Assembly (NCBI GenBank): GCA_031414535.1
Contig: JANNVQ010000010.1
Coordinates: 18,749 to 82,748 of the forward strand
From: Gemmatimonas sp.
GTDB taxonomy: Bacteria > Gemmatimonadota > Gemmatimonadetes > Gemmatimonadales > Gemmatimonadaceae
Length of the DNA stretch: 64,000 bases
Direction: 5' to 3'
The position numbers and the translations under genes are program-made. The notes beneath the pieces were generated by a model. That model saw nothing but the letters and a program-made list of their open reading frames with translations, did no database searches and was not told where the DNA came from. This document shows, piece by piece, positions 26,208-36,844 of this stretch (position 1 is its first letter; every line of letters begins with the position of its first letter).

Positions 26208-27155
26208 GTGACCCACCACTTCGCATTGCGCCGATTGGCGCCGCTGGCACTCGTTGCTTCTGTCTTGCTCTCCTGCTCTTCGTCAAAGACGCCGGCGGGA
26301 GTTGACGACTCAGAGTTCACGCTCGAGGTCGTGTGGCTTGGGACTCAGCCGACCGGCCCAACGCTCGCGTCGTTCGATGCGGCGTTGAGTACCGTGCGCA
26401 GCACCATCGTCGGCGCGCTCACCTCGGTTGCGATTCCCGCGACCTTTACGAATCTCAGCCAGTGCGGACTGAGCGGGCATCCCGATATCTCGCGAACCAA
26501 CATCCGCGGCCTGCGCGTCTACCTCTTGGTCCAGGCGATTGACGGCCCGGCGGGAACGCTTGGGCAGGCTGGTCCCTGTCTCATTCGAGCCAACGACATC
26601 CCCGCACTTGGCTTCATGCGCTTAGACGAAGCCGACGTCGCCAATTTGCAAGCCTCGGGCCGGCTCCCGCGCGTGGTCTTACACGAACTGATGCACGTGC
26701 TGGGCTTCGGTACCGTGTGGTACGACAACCTTGTGGACACGGTCACGACGCCGACGGATGTGCGCTACACCGGTGTGAGCGCTCGCACCGCCTGTGTGAC
26801 AGATCATGCCGGAGCGACTCCCTGCGCGACCAACGTCCCAGTGCATAGTGCAGACGGCGCCGGCTCCCGCTTCTCGCACTGGCGCGAGAACGTCTTCCAG
26901 TCGGAGTTGATGACGCCCTTCCTCGGGAGCGGCGCCACCCCGTTCTCAAAGATGAGCATCCAGGTGCTCGCTGACCTCGGCTATCAGGTGGGCTTCACGT
27001 CGGCCGATCCCTACACGGTGCCCACGCCGCCAGTTGTCGCGATGTTGCGCGATGGCCCCGCGTCTTCGTCGGATATTGTGTTGCCCGAGCCAGTGCAGCC
27101 GCGGTGGAAGCTCGACGGGGCCGGTAGGCTCACGCCGTACCGACCCCGTCGTTGA
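26208..27155 (+). CDS. Leishmanolysin-like (M8) zinc metallopeptidase, probable lipoprotein
   Basis: LLSC lipobox; HELMHVLGFG; SHW; ELMT Met-turn. Confidence 0.8.
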   Translation: MTHHFALRRLAPLALVASVLLSCSSSKTPAGVDDSEFTLEVVWLGTQPTGPTLASFDAALSTVRSTIVGALTSVAIPATFTNLSQCGLSGHPDISRTNIRGLRVYLLVQAIDGPAGTLGQAGPCLIRANDIPALGFMRLDEADVANLQASGRLPRVVLHELMHVLGFGTVWYDNLVDTVTTPTDVRYTGVSARTACVTDHAGATPCATNVPVHSADGAGSRFSHWRENVFQSELMTPFLGSGATPFSKMSIQVLADLGYQVGFTSADPYTVPTPPVVAMLRDGPASSSDIVLPEPVQPRWKLDGAGRLTPYRPRR

Positions 27156-27179
27156 TTCCGCTTGCGGCTCGCTGAGCCC

Positions 27180-29723
27180 TTAGGCAACAACCGCCAAGGG
27201 CTCCCCCGTCGGCTCCGGCACCAGCGCCAGCTTCAACACATCCTCCAGCGTCTCCACGAAGTGGAAGCTCAGCTTCCCACGCGCCTCTTCCGGCACATCC
27301 TCCACATCCGCCTCGTTCGCCTTCGGCAGGATGATGTCGGTGATGCCCGCGCGCAGCGCACCAAGCACCTTCTCCTTCACACCACCAATCGGCAACACGC
27401 GCCCACGCAGCGTGATCTCGCCCGTCATCGCGATGTCCTTGCGCACGGGACGTCCGCTGAGCTCGCTGGCAAGTGCGGTGGAAATCGCCACGCCTGCTGA
27501 AGGACCATCCTTCGGAATCGCACCAGCCGGTACGTGAATGTGCGTCTCCACCGCACCGAGCTTGTTCCGCGGAATGCCCAGCAACTCAGCGTTCTTGGTG
27601 ACATAAGTGAACGCTGCGCGCGCCGACTCCTTCATCACATCGCCGAGCTGGCCGGTGAGAATGAGTGAGACCGGTGCGCCACCTTCGGCCGCCGGCGCGG
27701 CGAGCGAACGCACTGACGCTTCGACGAACATGATGTCACCGCCCATCGGCGTGTAGTACATACCGGTGGCGATACCCACCTCGTGCACGACGTTGGCCTT
27801 TTCGGGATGCACCTTTGGCCGGCCGAGCAGATCGCGCACTTCGTCCACGTCAATGATGCCGTCGGCGCCCACGTCCTTGCCTTCCTTGGTCGCGATGCGA
27901 CGTGCCACCTTGCGTGCCACCTTGCCGATTTCTCGCTCAAGCTGACGCACGCCGCTCTCGCGCGTGTACTTGCTCACCAGCGAGGCGATGGCGTCGTCGG
28001 AGAAGCCGAGGTTCTTGTCCTTGAGACCATTCTCCTCAAGCTGACGCGGAATCAAATACTTCTTGGCGATCTCCTGCTTCTCGCGCTCGGTGTAGCCGGC
28101 GAAGTCCACGACTTCCATACGGTCGAGCAGCGGACCGGGAATGTTTTGGATGAAGTTAGCCGTCGCGATGAACAGCACTTCGGAGAGATCGAAGGGCACG
28201 CCAAGGTAATGATCCGTGAACGAATCGTTCTGCGCCGGATCGAGTACCTCGAGCAGCGCGCTGGACGGATCGCCCTGGAACGACGTACCGAGCTTGTCGA
28301 CTTCGTCGAGCAAGAAAACAGGGTTCTTGGTGGCCGCCTGCTTCATGCCCTGCACGATGCGGCCAGGCATCGCGCCCACGTAGGTGCGGCGATGGCCACG
28401 GATGTCGGCCTCGTCGCGCGCGCCACCCAAGGCAACACGTACGTACTCACGTCCCAAGGAGCGGGCGATGGACTTCGCGATGCTCGTCTTGCCCACGCCT
28501 GGCGGCCCGCTGAACAGGAGAATCGGACCCTTCGCCATGGCGCGGGCCTTGGCCTCGCGCTTGTCGGTGATGGTCCGCTCCTTCTCTTCTGGGTCGGCCT
28601 TCTTCTTGGGAATGGACGCGCTGGGCGCTTCTTCGGCCGTGGTCTTGAGCTTGGCCGCGGGGAACTCACCGGTGCGATCCATCTCCTCCGCGAGCTGCTG
28701 GGCGCGGAGCTGACGAACAGCCAAGAACTCGAGCACGCGGTCCTTCACGTCTTGGAGTCCGTAATGGTCGTCTTCGAGCACGGTGTGCGCGTGCTGGAGA
28801 TCGAGCTGATCATCGGAACGCGTGTTCCACGGCAACTCCGACATCCACTCGAGATACGTGCGGATGACCTGAGCCTCCATGGACTCACGCCCCGCGCGCT
28901 CAAGACGCCCGAGCTCACGTTCCACTTCTCGACGCGCTTCCTTTGGCAGCTCAAGCTTGAGCAGCTTCTCGCGCAGCTCCTCGATTTCCTTGGCGGAGTC
29001 GTCGTCGCCGAGCTCCTTCTGGATGGCCTTCATCTGCTCGCGCAGGAACATCTCGCGCTGGCGCTCGCCGAGTTCTTCCTGGACCTGCGACTTGATCTCC
29101 TCCTGCGCTTCGAGGAGGGAGATCTGGCGCTGCACCATCACGAGCACCTTGCGGAGGCGGTCCTCAACGGAAAGGGTCTCAAGAAGGCCCTGCTTCTCAG
29201 GAACGGAGAGCTCGATATAACCGGCGACGAGATCCGCGAACTTGCCGGGTTCCGTGACCGAGTCCAATACCTGATGCACGACCTCCTCAGGGAGGCCGCG
29301 ACGTTCGCCAAGTTCGGCGGCGCGTTCGCGGATTTCCTTATGAAGGGCTTCGAAGGCGGCGTCTTTTTCGTCGAGCGGCGCCATTTCTTCCGTTTGTGTA
29401 ACAACGGCGGAGAGGAAGCCTTCCGTAGTGGTGTACTGCAGGGCGGTGGCGCGTTGTTCGCCGTGCAGCAGCAATTGCACGCCGCCGAGGCCACGCTGCA
29501 CCTGCCCAATGCGCGCGATCACGCCCATTGAGTAGAGGATGTCGGCAGACGGCTCCTCCGTGTTGTCCTTTTGCGCGACGGCAAAGACGAGGCGATCGCC
29601 CTTCAGCGCGGATTCAATCGCGCGAAGCGTGCCCGGCCTGCCGGCCGCGATTGGGGCGGTTAGCCCCGGGAAAATGACCGTCCCACGCAAGGGAAGGACG
29701 GGAAGGGTCTGGCGGGTGCTCAT
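27180..29723 (-). CDS. lon: ATP-dependent Lon protease
   Basis: LPVLPLR, GPPGVGKTS, LLDEVDK, PKDGPSAG, GGVKEK; AAGGA upstream of ATG 29723. Confidence 0.96.
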   Translation of the reverse strand: MSTRQTLPVLPLRGTVIFPGLTAPIAAGRPGTLRAIESALKGDRLVFAVAQKDNTEEPSADILYSMGVIARIGQVQRGLGGVQLLLHGEQRATALQYTTTEGFLSAVVTQTEEMAPLDEKDAAFEALHKEIRERAAELGERRGLPEEVVHQVLDSVTEPGKFADLVAGYIELSVPEKQGLLETLSVEDRLRKVLVMVQRQISLLEAQEEIKSQVQEELGERQREMFLREQMKAIQKELGDDDSAKEIEELREKLLKLELPKEARREVERELGRLERAGRESMEAQVIRTYLEWMSELPWNTRSDDQLDLQHAHTVLEDDHYGLQDVKDRVLEFLAVRQLRAQQLAEEMDRTGEFPAAKLKTTAEEAPSASIPKKKADPEEKERTITDKREAKARAMAKGPILLFSGPPGVGKTSIAKSIARSLGREYVRVALGGARDEADIRGHRRTYVGAMPGRIVQGMKQAATKNPVFLLDEVDKLGTSFQGDPSSALLEVLDPAQNDSFTDHYLGVPFDLSEVLFIATANFIQNIPGPLLDRMEVVDFAGYTEREKQEIAKKYLIPRQLEENGLKDKNLGFSDDAIASLVSKYTRESGVRQLEREIGKVARKVARRIATKEGKDVGADGIIDVDEVRDLLGRPKVHPEKANVVHEVGIATGMYYTPMGGDIMFVEASVRSLAAPAAEGGAPVSLILTGQLGDVMKESARAAFTYVTKNAELLGIPRNKLGAVETHIHVPAGAIPKDGPSAGVAISTALASELSGRPVRKDIAMTGEITLRGRVLPIGGVKEKVLGALRAGITDIILPKANEADVEDVPEEARGKLSFHFVETLEDVLKLALVPEPTGEPLAVVA

Positions 29724-29941
29724 CAGCGCGGAATCCTTGGAATGGATGAAAGCGATGCCTGCGATATCCCTGAGTCGCAAGGAGCGTTCCGCCCTGACTT
29801 ACGACCTTTTGGCGGGGAATGCAACTTTAGGGTGCCGTACTGACGTAGGGTCTGCCATCCTACCGAGACTGCGTCCGGCGTTTGGTATCTAGGTCTCCCA
29901 GACCGTATCTTTGCCGCTCACGCCCCCCACACCGCATAGCC

Positions 29942-31843
29942 TTGAGCGATTCGCGCCTTTCACAGTCTGACGCCGAACTGCAGTCGCATATCATGCGGGT
30001 GCTGGAGTCGCAGTACGACGTCGAAAAAGAAATTGGCCGCGGCGGCATGGGCATCGTGTACGGCGGGCGCGACAAGCGCCTCAAGCGTCCGGTGGCCATC
30101 AAGCTGCTACCTCCGGAACTCGCGTTCCGTTCAGAAATCCGCACACGCTTCTTGCGTGAGGCGGAGATGGCGGCACAGCTCTCGCACCCGCACATCGTGC
30201 CCATCTACAGCGTGGACGAGCGCGAGGGCCTCGTCTACTTCGTGATGGCCCTGGTGGAAGGTGAGAACCTGGGCACACGCATCGCCAGAACGGGCCCCGT
30301 GAATCCGGACGAGGCACGGCGCATCCTGCGCGAAGTGGGCGACGCGCTGGCCTACGCGCATTCGCAGAACACGGTGCACCGCGACATCAAGCCGGACAAC
30401 ATCCTCATTGATGGCGCCACCGGCCGCACCATGGTGACCGACTTCGGTATCGCGCGCGCGGTGAGCGAAGGGAGCGACTCAAAGCTCACCGCGACGGGCA
30501 TCGCCATTGGCACGCCCGCCTACATGAGCCCCGAGCAATCGGCTGGCGACCGCGACATTGATGGACGCACAGACCTCTATGCGCTCGGCATCGTAGCCTA
30601 TCAGATGCTCTGCGGTGATTTGCCCTTCAATGCCACCAGCGCTCCGGCGCTCTTGGTAAAGCATTTGAGCGAGAAGCCGATTCCGATTGAGCAGCGCGCG
30701 ATGGTGCCGCCGGAGTTGGCGCGCGCCGTCATGCTCTGCCTCGAGAAGAATCCTGACGACCGCTTTCCCAACGCCCGCGCCTTCGTACAGGCGCTCGACA
30801 CAGGCATCGTGCCGCAGTTGCCGGTGCGCGCGGGCAACGCCTACCCGCAGGCGCAACAGCAGACCTGGCAGCCGCCAGCCGACTTTGACCCAGATGCGCC
30901 GACCCCCGAGGAGTTGATTCGCTGGGAGCAGCGCTCAGTGGTGGAATTTCGCAAGGCGATTGCGCCGTTTCTTTTTGTGACCGCCGCGATGGCGGCCGTA
31001 AACACGCTCGGCGGCCCCAACTTTCTGTTCATCTCCGCGTTCTGGGGCATCAACGTGGCGTACAAGTACGCCAAGCTTTGGAGCGACGGCTACGATTGGC
31101 GCGATGTGTTCAAGCAGCCGCGCGACAAAATGATCGTGGACGTGGCCGCTGATACGATGGAAAGCGCCAAGGCCATCTGGGATCGCGACAAGCGCACGGA
31201 GATGCGCGAGAAGGCGCGTCGTCGCCGACTTTCGGTGGAGACCAACTCGCCATCGGAAGGGCTGCGGGCCTTGTCGTCCGCCGATGCGGCAGCGCTGGGC
31301 TCGGGTCCGCATTCGGCAACGGCACGCCAAGCACTGCTCGATCGCGAAGAGGTGCTGCGCATGGTGGAGTCCTTGCCCAAGGACGACAAGGCGCGCATAC
31401 CGGACGTGATTCCCACGGCGCGCGCGCTCGCCGAGAGTGTCATGGGTCTCGCCACGGCTCTCACGGCGATTGAGCGTGACATGGGTGGCGTGAGCGTGGC
31501 GACGATGGACAAAGAAATCAGCATGCTCGAGTCGCAGGCGAATCCCATGGATACGCAGGCTAGCGAGATTCGCGTGCGCCGCCTTGCCTTGCTCAAGCGC
31601 ACGCGTCGTGGCGCGACGGAATTGGAGTCGCGTCGCTCTGACCTCGCCGCCAAGCTCGAGAACGTCGCGTTGACGCTCCAAAACCTGAAGTTCGACGTGC
31701 TACGCTTGAAGACCGGCAACCAGAGCTGGCAGAACATGACGACCATCGCCGAGCAGGCGGCAGCGTTGGCCCGCGAGGTGGATAGCTCCATCTATGTTGG
31801 CGATCAGATGGCAGGCATCTCTCGCGATAAACGCCGTGGCTGA
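29942..31843 (+). CDS. Hanks-type Ser/Thr kinase with two-TM hairpin and C-terminal coiled coil (start uncertain)
   Basis: GRGGMG, VAIK, HRDIKPDN, DFGIAR, GTPAYMSPEQ. Confidence 0.92.
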   Translation: MSDSRLSQSDAELQSHIMRVLESQYDVEKEIGRGGMGIVYGGRDKRLKRPVAIKLLPPELAFRSEIRTRFLREAEMAAQLSHPHIVPIYSVDEREGLVYFVMALVEGENLGTRIARTGPVNPDEARRILREVGDALAYAHSQNTVHRDIKPDNILIDGATGRTMVTDFGIARAVSEGSDSKLTATGIAIGTPAYMSPEQSAGDRDIDGRTDLYALGIVAYQMLCGDLPFNATSAPALLVKHLSEKPIPIEQRAMVPPELARAVMLCLEKNPDDRFPNARAFVQALDTGIVPQLPVRAGNAYPQAQQQTWQPPADFDPDAPTPEELIRWEQRSVVEFRKAIAPFLFVTAAMAAVNTLGGPNFLFISAFWGINVAYKYAKLWSDGYDWRDVFKQPRDKMIVDVAADTMESAKAIWDRDKRTEMREKARRRRLSVETNSPSEGLRALSSADAAALGSGPHSATARQALLDREEVLRMVESLPKDDKARIPDVIPTARALAESVMGLATALTAIERDMGGVSVATMDKEISMLESQANPMDTQASEIRVRRLALLKRTRRGATELESRRSDLAAKLENVALTLQNLKFDVLRLKTGNQSWQNMTTIAEQAAALAREVDSSIYVGDQMAGISRDKRRG

Positions 31844-33833
31844 AGACGCGCTGCTGGCGCGCGTCGCCGCCGCGGTCGCCGGACATTACGAAATCGAGGC
31901 GGAGGTCGGCCGGGGTGGCATGGCCGTCGTCTACCGCGCGCGTGATGTGCGGCTGCGTCGCAAGGTGGCACTCAAGGTGCTGCCGCCGGAGCTCGCGTTC
32001 CGCGACGAGGTGAAGAAGCGATTCCTGCGCGAGGCGGAGATGGCCGCGGGCCTCTCGCATCCGCACATCGTGCCCATTTACGCTGTGGACGAGAAGGATG
32101 GCCTGGTGTGGATGGCGATGGGTCTCGTGGACGGCGAGTCGCTCGCCGAACGCTTGCACCGTGACCCCCGGCCGCCATTAGACGTGGTGCGTCGCGTGCT
32201 GCGTGAAGTCTGCGATGCGCTCGACTACGCCCACCGCGAGGGCGTCGTGCATCGCGACATCAAGCCCGACAACATCTTGCTTGAGCGCGACACGGGCCGC
32301 GCCTTGGTGACGGACTTTGGCATCGCCCGCGCTGCAGAGGGCGACCAGCGCCTCACGGCCACAGGCATCGCGGTGGGCACGCCGGCGTACATGAGTCCCG
32401 AACAGGCCATGGGTGAGCGCGAGGTGGATGGCCGCGCCGACATCTACGCCCTTGGCATCGTGGCCTACCAGATGCTTGCCGGGGAGTTGCCGTTCCAGGC
32501 CAGCAACACGCCGACGATGCTCATGAAGCATTTGAGCGAGCGTCCACGTCCGCTGAATGATGTGCGCGCCGATTTGCCCAAGAATCTCATCTATGCGGTT
32601 GAGCGCGCGCTGACAAAGGGCCGCAACGAGCGCTGGAAGGATGCCTCGGAGTTCAAGACCGCCCTGGCCGACGACGCCGAGCCACCCAGTGCGAGGCCTC
32701 GACGTTCGAGCGGCGTGCAGGCGGTGCAGGCAGCAAAGCCGCCCGTCCGAGATGACTTGGATGACCTCAAGTCGCGCACACCGCTGCCAGGCCCAGCCTT
32801 CCCTGAATTGCCGAGCGATTGGATGACAGATCCAACCAAGCGCGACGAGGGCAAGGAGTCGCTGCGGCAATGGCGCGAAGAGGCGCGCCGGTGGCGTGAG
32901 GAGGTGCGCAATCAGCCGCGTGCGCAGCGCGATGACCTCCGCGCCGGTGCGCAACAGATGGCCGAGTATGAATTGATGCGGCGCACGCCTGAGGAGCGCA
33001 TCTTGTCCGTGCGCAAGCGCATGGCAACGGGCGTGGTGACGGTGGGAATGTTGGCCGTGATTAATGCAGTGACCTCACCGGTGTTTCCTTGGGTGGTTTT
33101 TCCGGCCATCGGCATTGGCTACGGCATCGTGAAGCGCATCACGGATTTGTGGGCTGATGGCATTCCCATTCGAGCCATCTTCACGCGCCCCGCCGAGCGC
33201 CGGGTGCGCGGCGATGAAGCGCCGCTGCGTCGCTTGGAACCCAAGCTGCCGGCACCCACTGCGGTGACGGCCGCACACGCGGTGCTTGACGCGGTGCCCG
33301 CTGATGTGCTCGCGGGTGTGCAGGGCCAAGCCGTGCGCGATGCCTTTGACGCGCGGTCGAAGATTCGCTCCGTGCTGGCGCGCCTGCCCGAGAGCGATCG
33401 TGCCCTGCTGCCGGAAATCGAGCCGACGGTTGAAGCGCTGATTGAGCGCGTACGCACCTTGGCCATTGCGCTTCATGCGCTGGACACGGAAGCCTCGCCG
33501 GACGCGCTCGTCCGACTCGAGACGCGCATTGCTCAAGCAGAGACGATGCCTTCGGCCGCGCCGGATCGCGAACGCCGCCTGGAGCTGCTGCGCCGGCAAC
33601 GCGTGACGCTCACAGACCTCGCCGAACGGCGCTCGTCGCTCGGTTCGCAGTTGGAGCAGGCGGTGCTCGTGCTGGAGACCATGAAGCTGGATCTCACCAA
33701 GCTGCGGAGCTCAGGTGTGGCGTCGCGCGCGGCCGGTGAAGGTCCGCAGACGGAAGAGCTTCGTGCGCTCGCGCGTGACGTGGAGCGCGCGGCCGAGGCC
33801 GTGGACGAAGCGAGGCTAGACCGAGACCCGTAG
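31836..33833 (+). CDS. Second, paralogous Ser/Thr kinase with 2TM segment and coiled coil
   Basis: Same kinase motifs; LAVINAVTSPVFPWVVFPAIGIG 2TM-like segment. Confidence 0.92.
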   Translation: MAEDALLARVAAAVAGHYEIEAEVGRGGMAVVYRARDVRLRRKVALKVLPPELAFRDEVKKRFLREAEMAAGLSHPHIVPIYAVDEKDGLVWMAMGLVDGESLAERLHRDPRPPLDVVRRVLREVCDALDYAHREGVVHRDIKPDNILLERDTGRALVTDFGIARAAEGDQRLTATGIAVGTPAYMSPEQAMGEREVDGRADIYALGIVAYQMLAGELPFQASNTPTMLMKHLSERPRPLNDVRADLPKNLIYAVERALTKGRNERWKDASEFKTALADDAEPPSARPRRSSGVQAVQAAKPPVRDDLDDLKSRTPLPGPAFPELPSDWMTDPTKRDEGKESLRQWREEARRWREEVRNQPRAQRDDLRAGAQQMAEYELMRRTPEERILSVRKRMATGVVTVGMLAVINAVTSPVFPWVVFPAIGIGYGIVKRITDLWADGIPIRAIFTRPAERRVRGDEAPLRRLEPKLPAPTAVTAAHAVLDAVPADVLAGVQGQAVRDAFDARSKIRSVLARLPESDRALLPEIEPTVEALIERVRTLAIALHALDTEASPDALVRLETRIAQAETMPSAAPDRERRLELLRRQRVTLTDLAERRSSLGSQLEQAVLVLETMKLDLTKLRSSGVASRAAGEGPQTEELRALARDVERAAEAVDEARLDRDP

Positions 33834-34646
33834 AATCATCGGTTGGATTGCGCGGCGCAGCGCCTCGGGTGAGTCCTCTGGAACGAAGTGTGCCGCCCCT
33901 GGAATCACCGTGAACGTGGATCCCTTGAGCGACGCGTGCAGGCGCTCGCCCAACGAGACGGGATAGAACGGATCCTCCGCGCCCCACACCACCGCCGAGG
34001 GCAGATCGAGCTCAGCGAGTCGTTTGGACCAACTCGCGGTATCGCAGTGCCGTATGGCGGCGAGGTGGCTGGCCAGTGCATCGCGACCAGCCACCGTGGT
34101 GAAGCTGCGCAAACAGGTGTCGAGCGTGGGATGCGAGCGGTCGGCATCGGCAAAACCGTGACGCACCGAGCCATGTACGAGCCCCGCGAGTAGCGCGGGC
34201 GGCGTGTGCTTGGCCAGCGGTCCGAGCGCACGCGCTAACCGCGCCATGCGGCGTGGCTTCACGCCGAAGCCGGCCGAACTGACGAGGGCCAGTCCAGCGA
34301 CGCGCGTTGGCCACTGCACGGCGAAGGCCTGCGCCACGCCTCCGCCGAGCCCGTGCCCAACGATGAAAGCCCGTTCGACCCCCAAATCATCGAGCAGGGC
34401 GTGAATCGCCGCTGCGTATGCACCGCAACCCGTGCGCGCGGCGGACGGCGGATCGCTACGCCCAAACCCCGGGAGGTCTACAATGATGAGTCGGTGTCCG
34501 GGCGCGAAGTCCGGCACAAATTCGCTCCACAGCCGCGAGGCCAAAGGAAATCCGTGAATCAAAACCACCGGATCGCCCGCCCCTCGGCTACCCGCCGCGT
34601 AGTAATAGAGGCGAGAACCACCCACATCCACGAATTCACCGCGCAT
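33816..34646 (-). CDS. Alpha/beta hydrolase fold protein, possibly inactive
   Basis: LIHG, DLPGFGRS; GHGLGG in place of GxSxG; HFVPED. Confidence 0.8.
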   Translation of the reverse strand: MRGEFVDVGGSRLYYYAAGSRGAGDPVVLIHGFPLASRLWSEFVPDFAPGHRLIIVDLPGFGRSDPPSAARTGCGAYAAAIHALLDDLGVERAFIVGHGLGGGVAQAFAVQWPTRVAGLALVSSAGFGVKPRRMARLARALGPLAKHTPPALLAGLVHGSVRHGFADADRSHPTLDTCLRSFTTVAGRDALASHLAAIRHCDTASWSKRLAELDLPSAVVWGAEDPFYPVSLGERLHASLKGSTFTVIPGAAHFVPEDSPEALRRAIQPMILRVSV

Positions 34647-34846
34647 AAATGCAATCTGGCGGATTCCGTGGGAAATGGTATCCTTCACTAGGCCTGCGGC
34701 ACCGCGTAGCAGCAATGGGACACGGAGCCACAGGAGGAGCAGCCTAAGTTGTTATCTCATTTGGCGTTAGCCACGGTTTGAGCTTGACGACCCCGATTAT
34801 CTATCCGACGTCCATTTTTGCGCCACCGCCGCCACCCGAAGCAGAG

Positions 34847-35923
34847 GTGACGTTTCCGGTCAATTGGTTGCTCAATAATGCGTCAGCACCGATTCAGTAT
34901 CGCGCCATCAACGACGTAGCGAAGCCAGTTGGCGGTGTTTTGTTCACGCCCGGCGTGCTGCCGCTGGCCTACAGACCGGCATTGGAGCTCGCTATTCAGG
35001 CCGATGTGAACGGTGTTTGGAACCGCTCAATGCTTTCGCTGCCGTCAAAATCTTCAGAACATTTTGAGGGTGTCGGCACCATTCCGGCGATGCGTCGTTT
35101 GCTCGAATACGGATGGGACAAGGACTCGCCGCCGGTGGTGCACACCAAGCGCGTGCTGTTCCGTTTGCTCGCCGAGGACAACGATCCGGATTTCCTTTAC
35201 GAGCTGCGTCCCACCAAGAAGGTGGAACCCGAAGTGATGCTGTCGCAGCGTCAGTTGCTCCGTGAGGCGGCTGCGGCAACTTTGGCGACTGCGGGCTTTG
35301 AAGCGGATCCGCGTTTGCGTGGACTCGCGCGCCGCACCATCGAGCGGATTGCCGAGTTCCTGCGCTCACCGCTGGCCGAGAAGCCTTGGATTCGCGTGGG
35401 CAACAGGCAGGTGCTGCATCCGGACGCGTCGCCGCCGAGCATTTACGCGCTGCACCTCATTGCGCATATGCCGATGTTCCAGAGCGAGCACTACGAGGCA
35501 ATGGAGCTGCTGTTCGCCTTTCTGTCGCGCGCGCTACCGCGTCAGGAATCCATTCAGCAGGTCGGGGCGAACACGATGATGCCGATGCCGTATGCGGTGC
35601 TCGGCGATCATCTCCCGCACCGTAACGCGGTTGAAGACGATGTGCCGAAGGCCTTGGCGTGGTTGGAGTTGATGGCGCGTTTGGGCTTCCTGCGCCGCAA
35701 CGAGACGTGGACGAAGATGTACGAGCGCTTCGTGGACGACTGCGGTCGCGATGGCGTGTGGCATCCGCATAAGGGACTGGCGGTGCCCAAGAGCTCCGAT
35801 CCATACGTGTGGCCGATGTTCCCGCTCGAGCAATCGAACGGTGGCGAGGAGCGCTGGGCTGATGTGACGTTCCGCATTGGGCTCATCGCGCGCCTCGGTG
35901 GGCGTCCGATCAAGTTGATCTGA
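34847..35923 (+). CDS. Hypothetical helical protein (start uncertain, 34778-34847)
   Basis: Long ORF with host-like codon use. Confidence 0.7.
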   Translation: MTFPVNWLLNNASAPIQYRAINDVAKPVGGVLFTPGVLPLAYRPALELAIQADVNGVWNRSMLSLPSKSSEHFEGVGTIPAMRRLLEYGWDKDSPPVVHTKRVLFRLLAEDNDPDFLYELRPTKKVEPEVMLSQRQLLREAAAATLATAGFEADPRLRGLARRTIERIAEFLRSPLAEKPWIRVGNRQVLHPDASPPSIYALHLIAHMPMFQSEHYEAMELLFAFLSRALPRQESIQQVGANTMMPMPYAVLGDHLPHRNAVEDDVPKALAWLELMARLGFLRRNETWTKMYERFVDDCGRDGVWHPHKGLAVPKSSDPYVWPMFPLEQSNGGEERWADVTFRIGLIARLGGRPIKLI

Positions 35924-35951
35924 TCGCGCACCTCGTTAGCGTAGCGCGGGC

Positions 35952-36830
35952 ATGAGCGGGCGTCTTCCGCCGGAGCAGTGGTTTCCGGCAGGTGTCGAGG
36001 GTATTCGTGTACGTCGCGAGACGCTGGCCAGCGGCGTGGCGGTACGCATCCTTGAGGCGGGGCCAGCAAATGGCCCCGCCGTTTTGTTGGTGCATGGCTG
36101 GGCGGTGACGGCGTACCTCTGGCGTCACAACATCCTGCCGCTCGCGGCCGCGGGTTACCGCGTGATTGCGCTGGATCTGCCAGGACACGGGCTGAGTGAT
36201 GCGCCCAGCGCGCCAGGCTCGTACAAGTCGGAGCGTTTTGCGCAGTATGTGATTGAGACGCTTGATATTTGCGGCGTGGAGCGCGCGGCGGTGGCGGGCC
36301 AGAGCATGGGCGGCAAGGTGGTGGTGCGCGTTGCGCTGGATGCCCCGGAGCGCGTGTCGCAACTCATCCTATATGGTGCGGTGGGCTTTGGTCTCATTCC
36401 GCCCTGGCAGGCACTCTCGCCGCTGATTCCCACACTGCCGGGCGAAATCATCGCGAAGTTCATTCCTCGCGAGATGGTCGCCTTCGTGCAACATCGCGTG
36501 TACGGCAAGTTGGGGTTCTTCACCGAGCGCGATGTAGATGAGTACTGGGCGCCGACGCAGTTTCCCGCTGCGGTGCGCGCGCAGTTCCAGATGTTGCAGG
36601 AGTTCCACTGGGGCCTGTGGGACGAGCCGACGCTGCGCCGTCTTAAGACGCCCACGCACGTGGTCTTCGGTACGCGGGACCGCACGGTACGTCCGCACCA
36701 TGCGGAGACGCTGGCGAGAGCCTTGCCCAATGGCCGCATCACGTGGATTGCCGACGGCGGGCACGTGGTGATGGAAGAGGCGCCGGCGAGGATTAATGAG
36801 ATGCTGCTCGGCGACTTGGCGAGGGGCTGA
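35952..36830 (+). CDS. Alpha/beta hydrolase
   Basis: LVHGW, DLPGHGLS, GQSMGG, GH.VMEE. Confidence 0.88.
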   Translation: MSGRLPPEQWFPAGVEGIRVRRETLASGVAVRILEAGPANGPAVLLVHGWAVTAYLWRHNILPLAAAGYRVIALDLPGHGLSDAPSAPGSYKSERFAQYVIETLDICGVERAAVAGQSMGGKVVVRVALDAPERVSQLILYGAVGFGLIPPWQALSPLIPTLPGEIIAKFIPREMVAFVQHRVYGKLGFFTERDVDEYWAPTQFPAAVRAQFQMLQEFHWGLWDEPTLRRLKTPTHVVFGTRDRTVRPHHAETLARALPNGRITWIADGGHVVMEEAPARINEMLLGDLARG

Positions 36831-36844
36831 TTAGGTTACTGGGA

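Noticed and set aside
27783..29531. Long antisense ORFs (also 13687-14538, 16662-17687, 62843-63904)
   Set aside because: Shadows of well-supported opposite-strand genes, expected at high GC.
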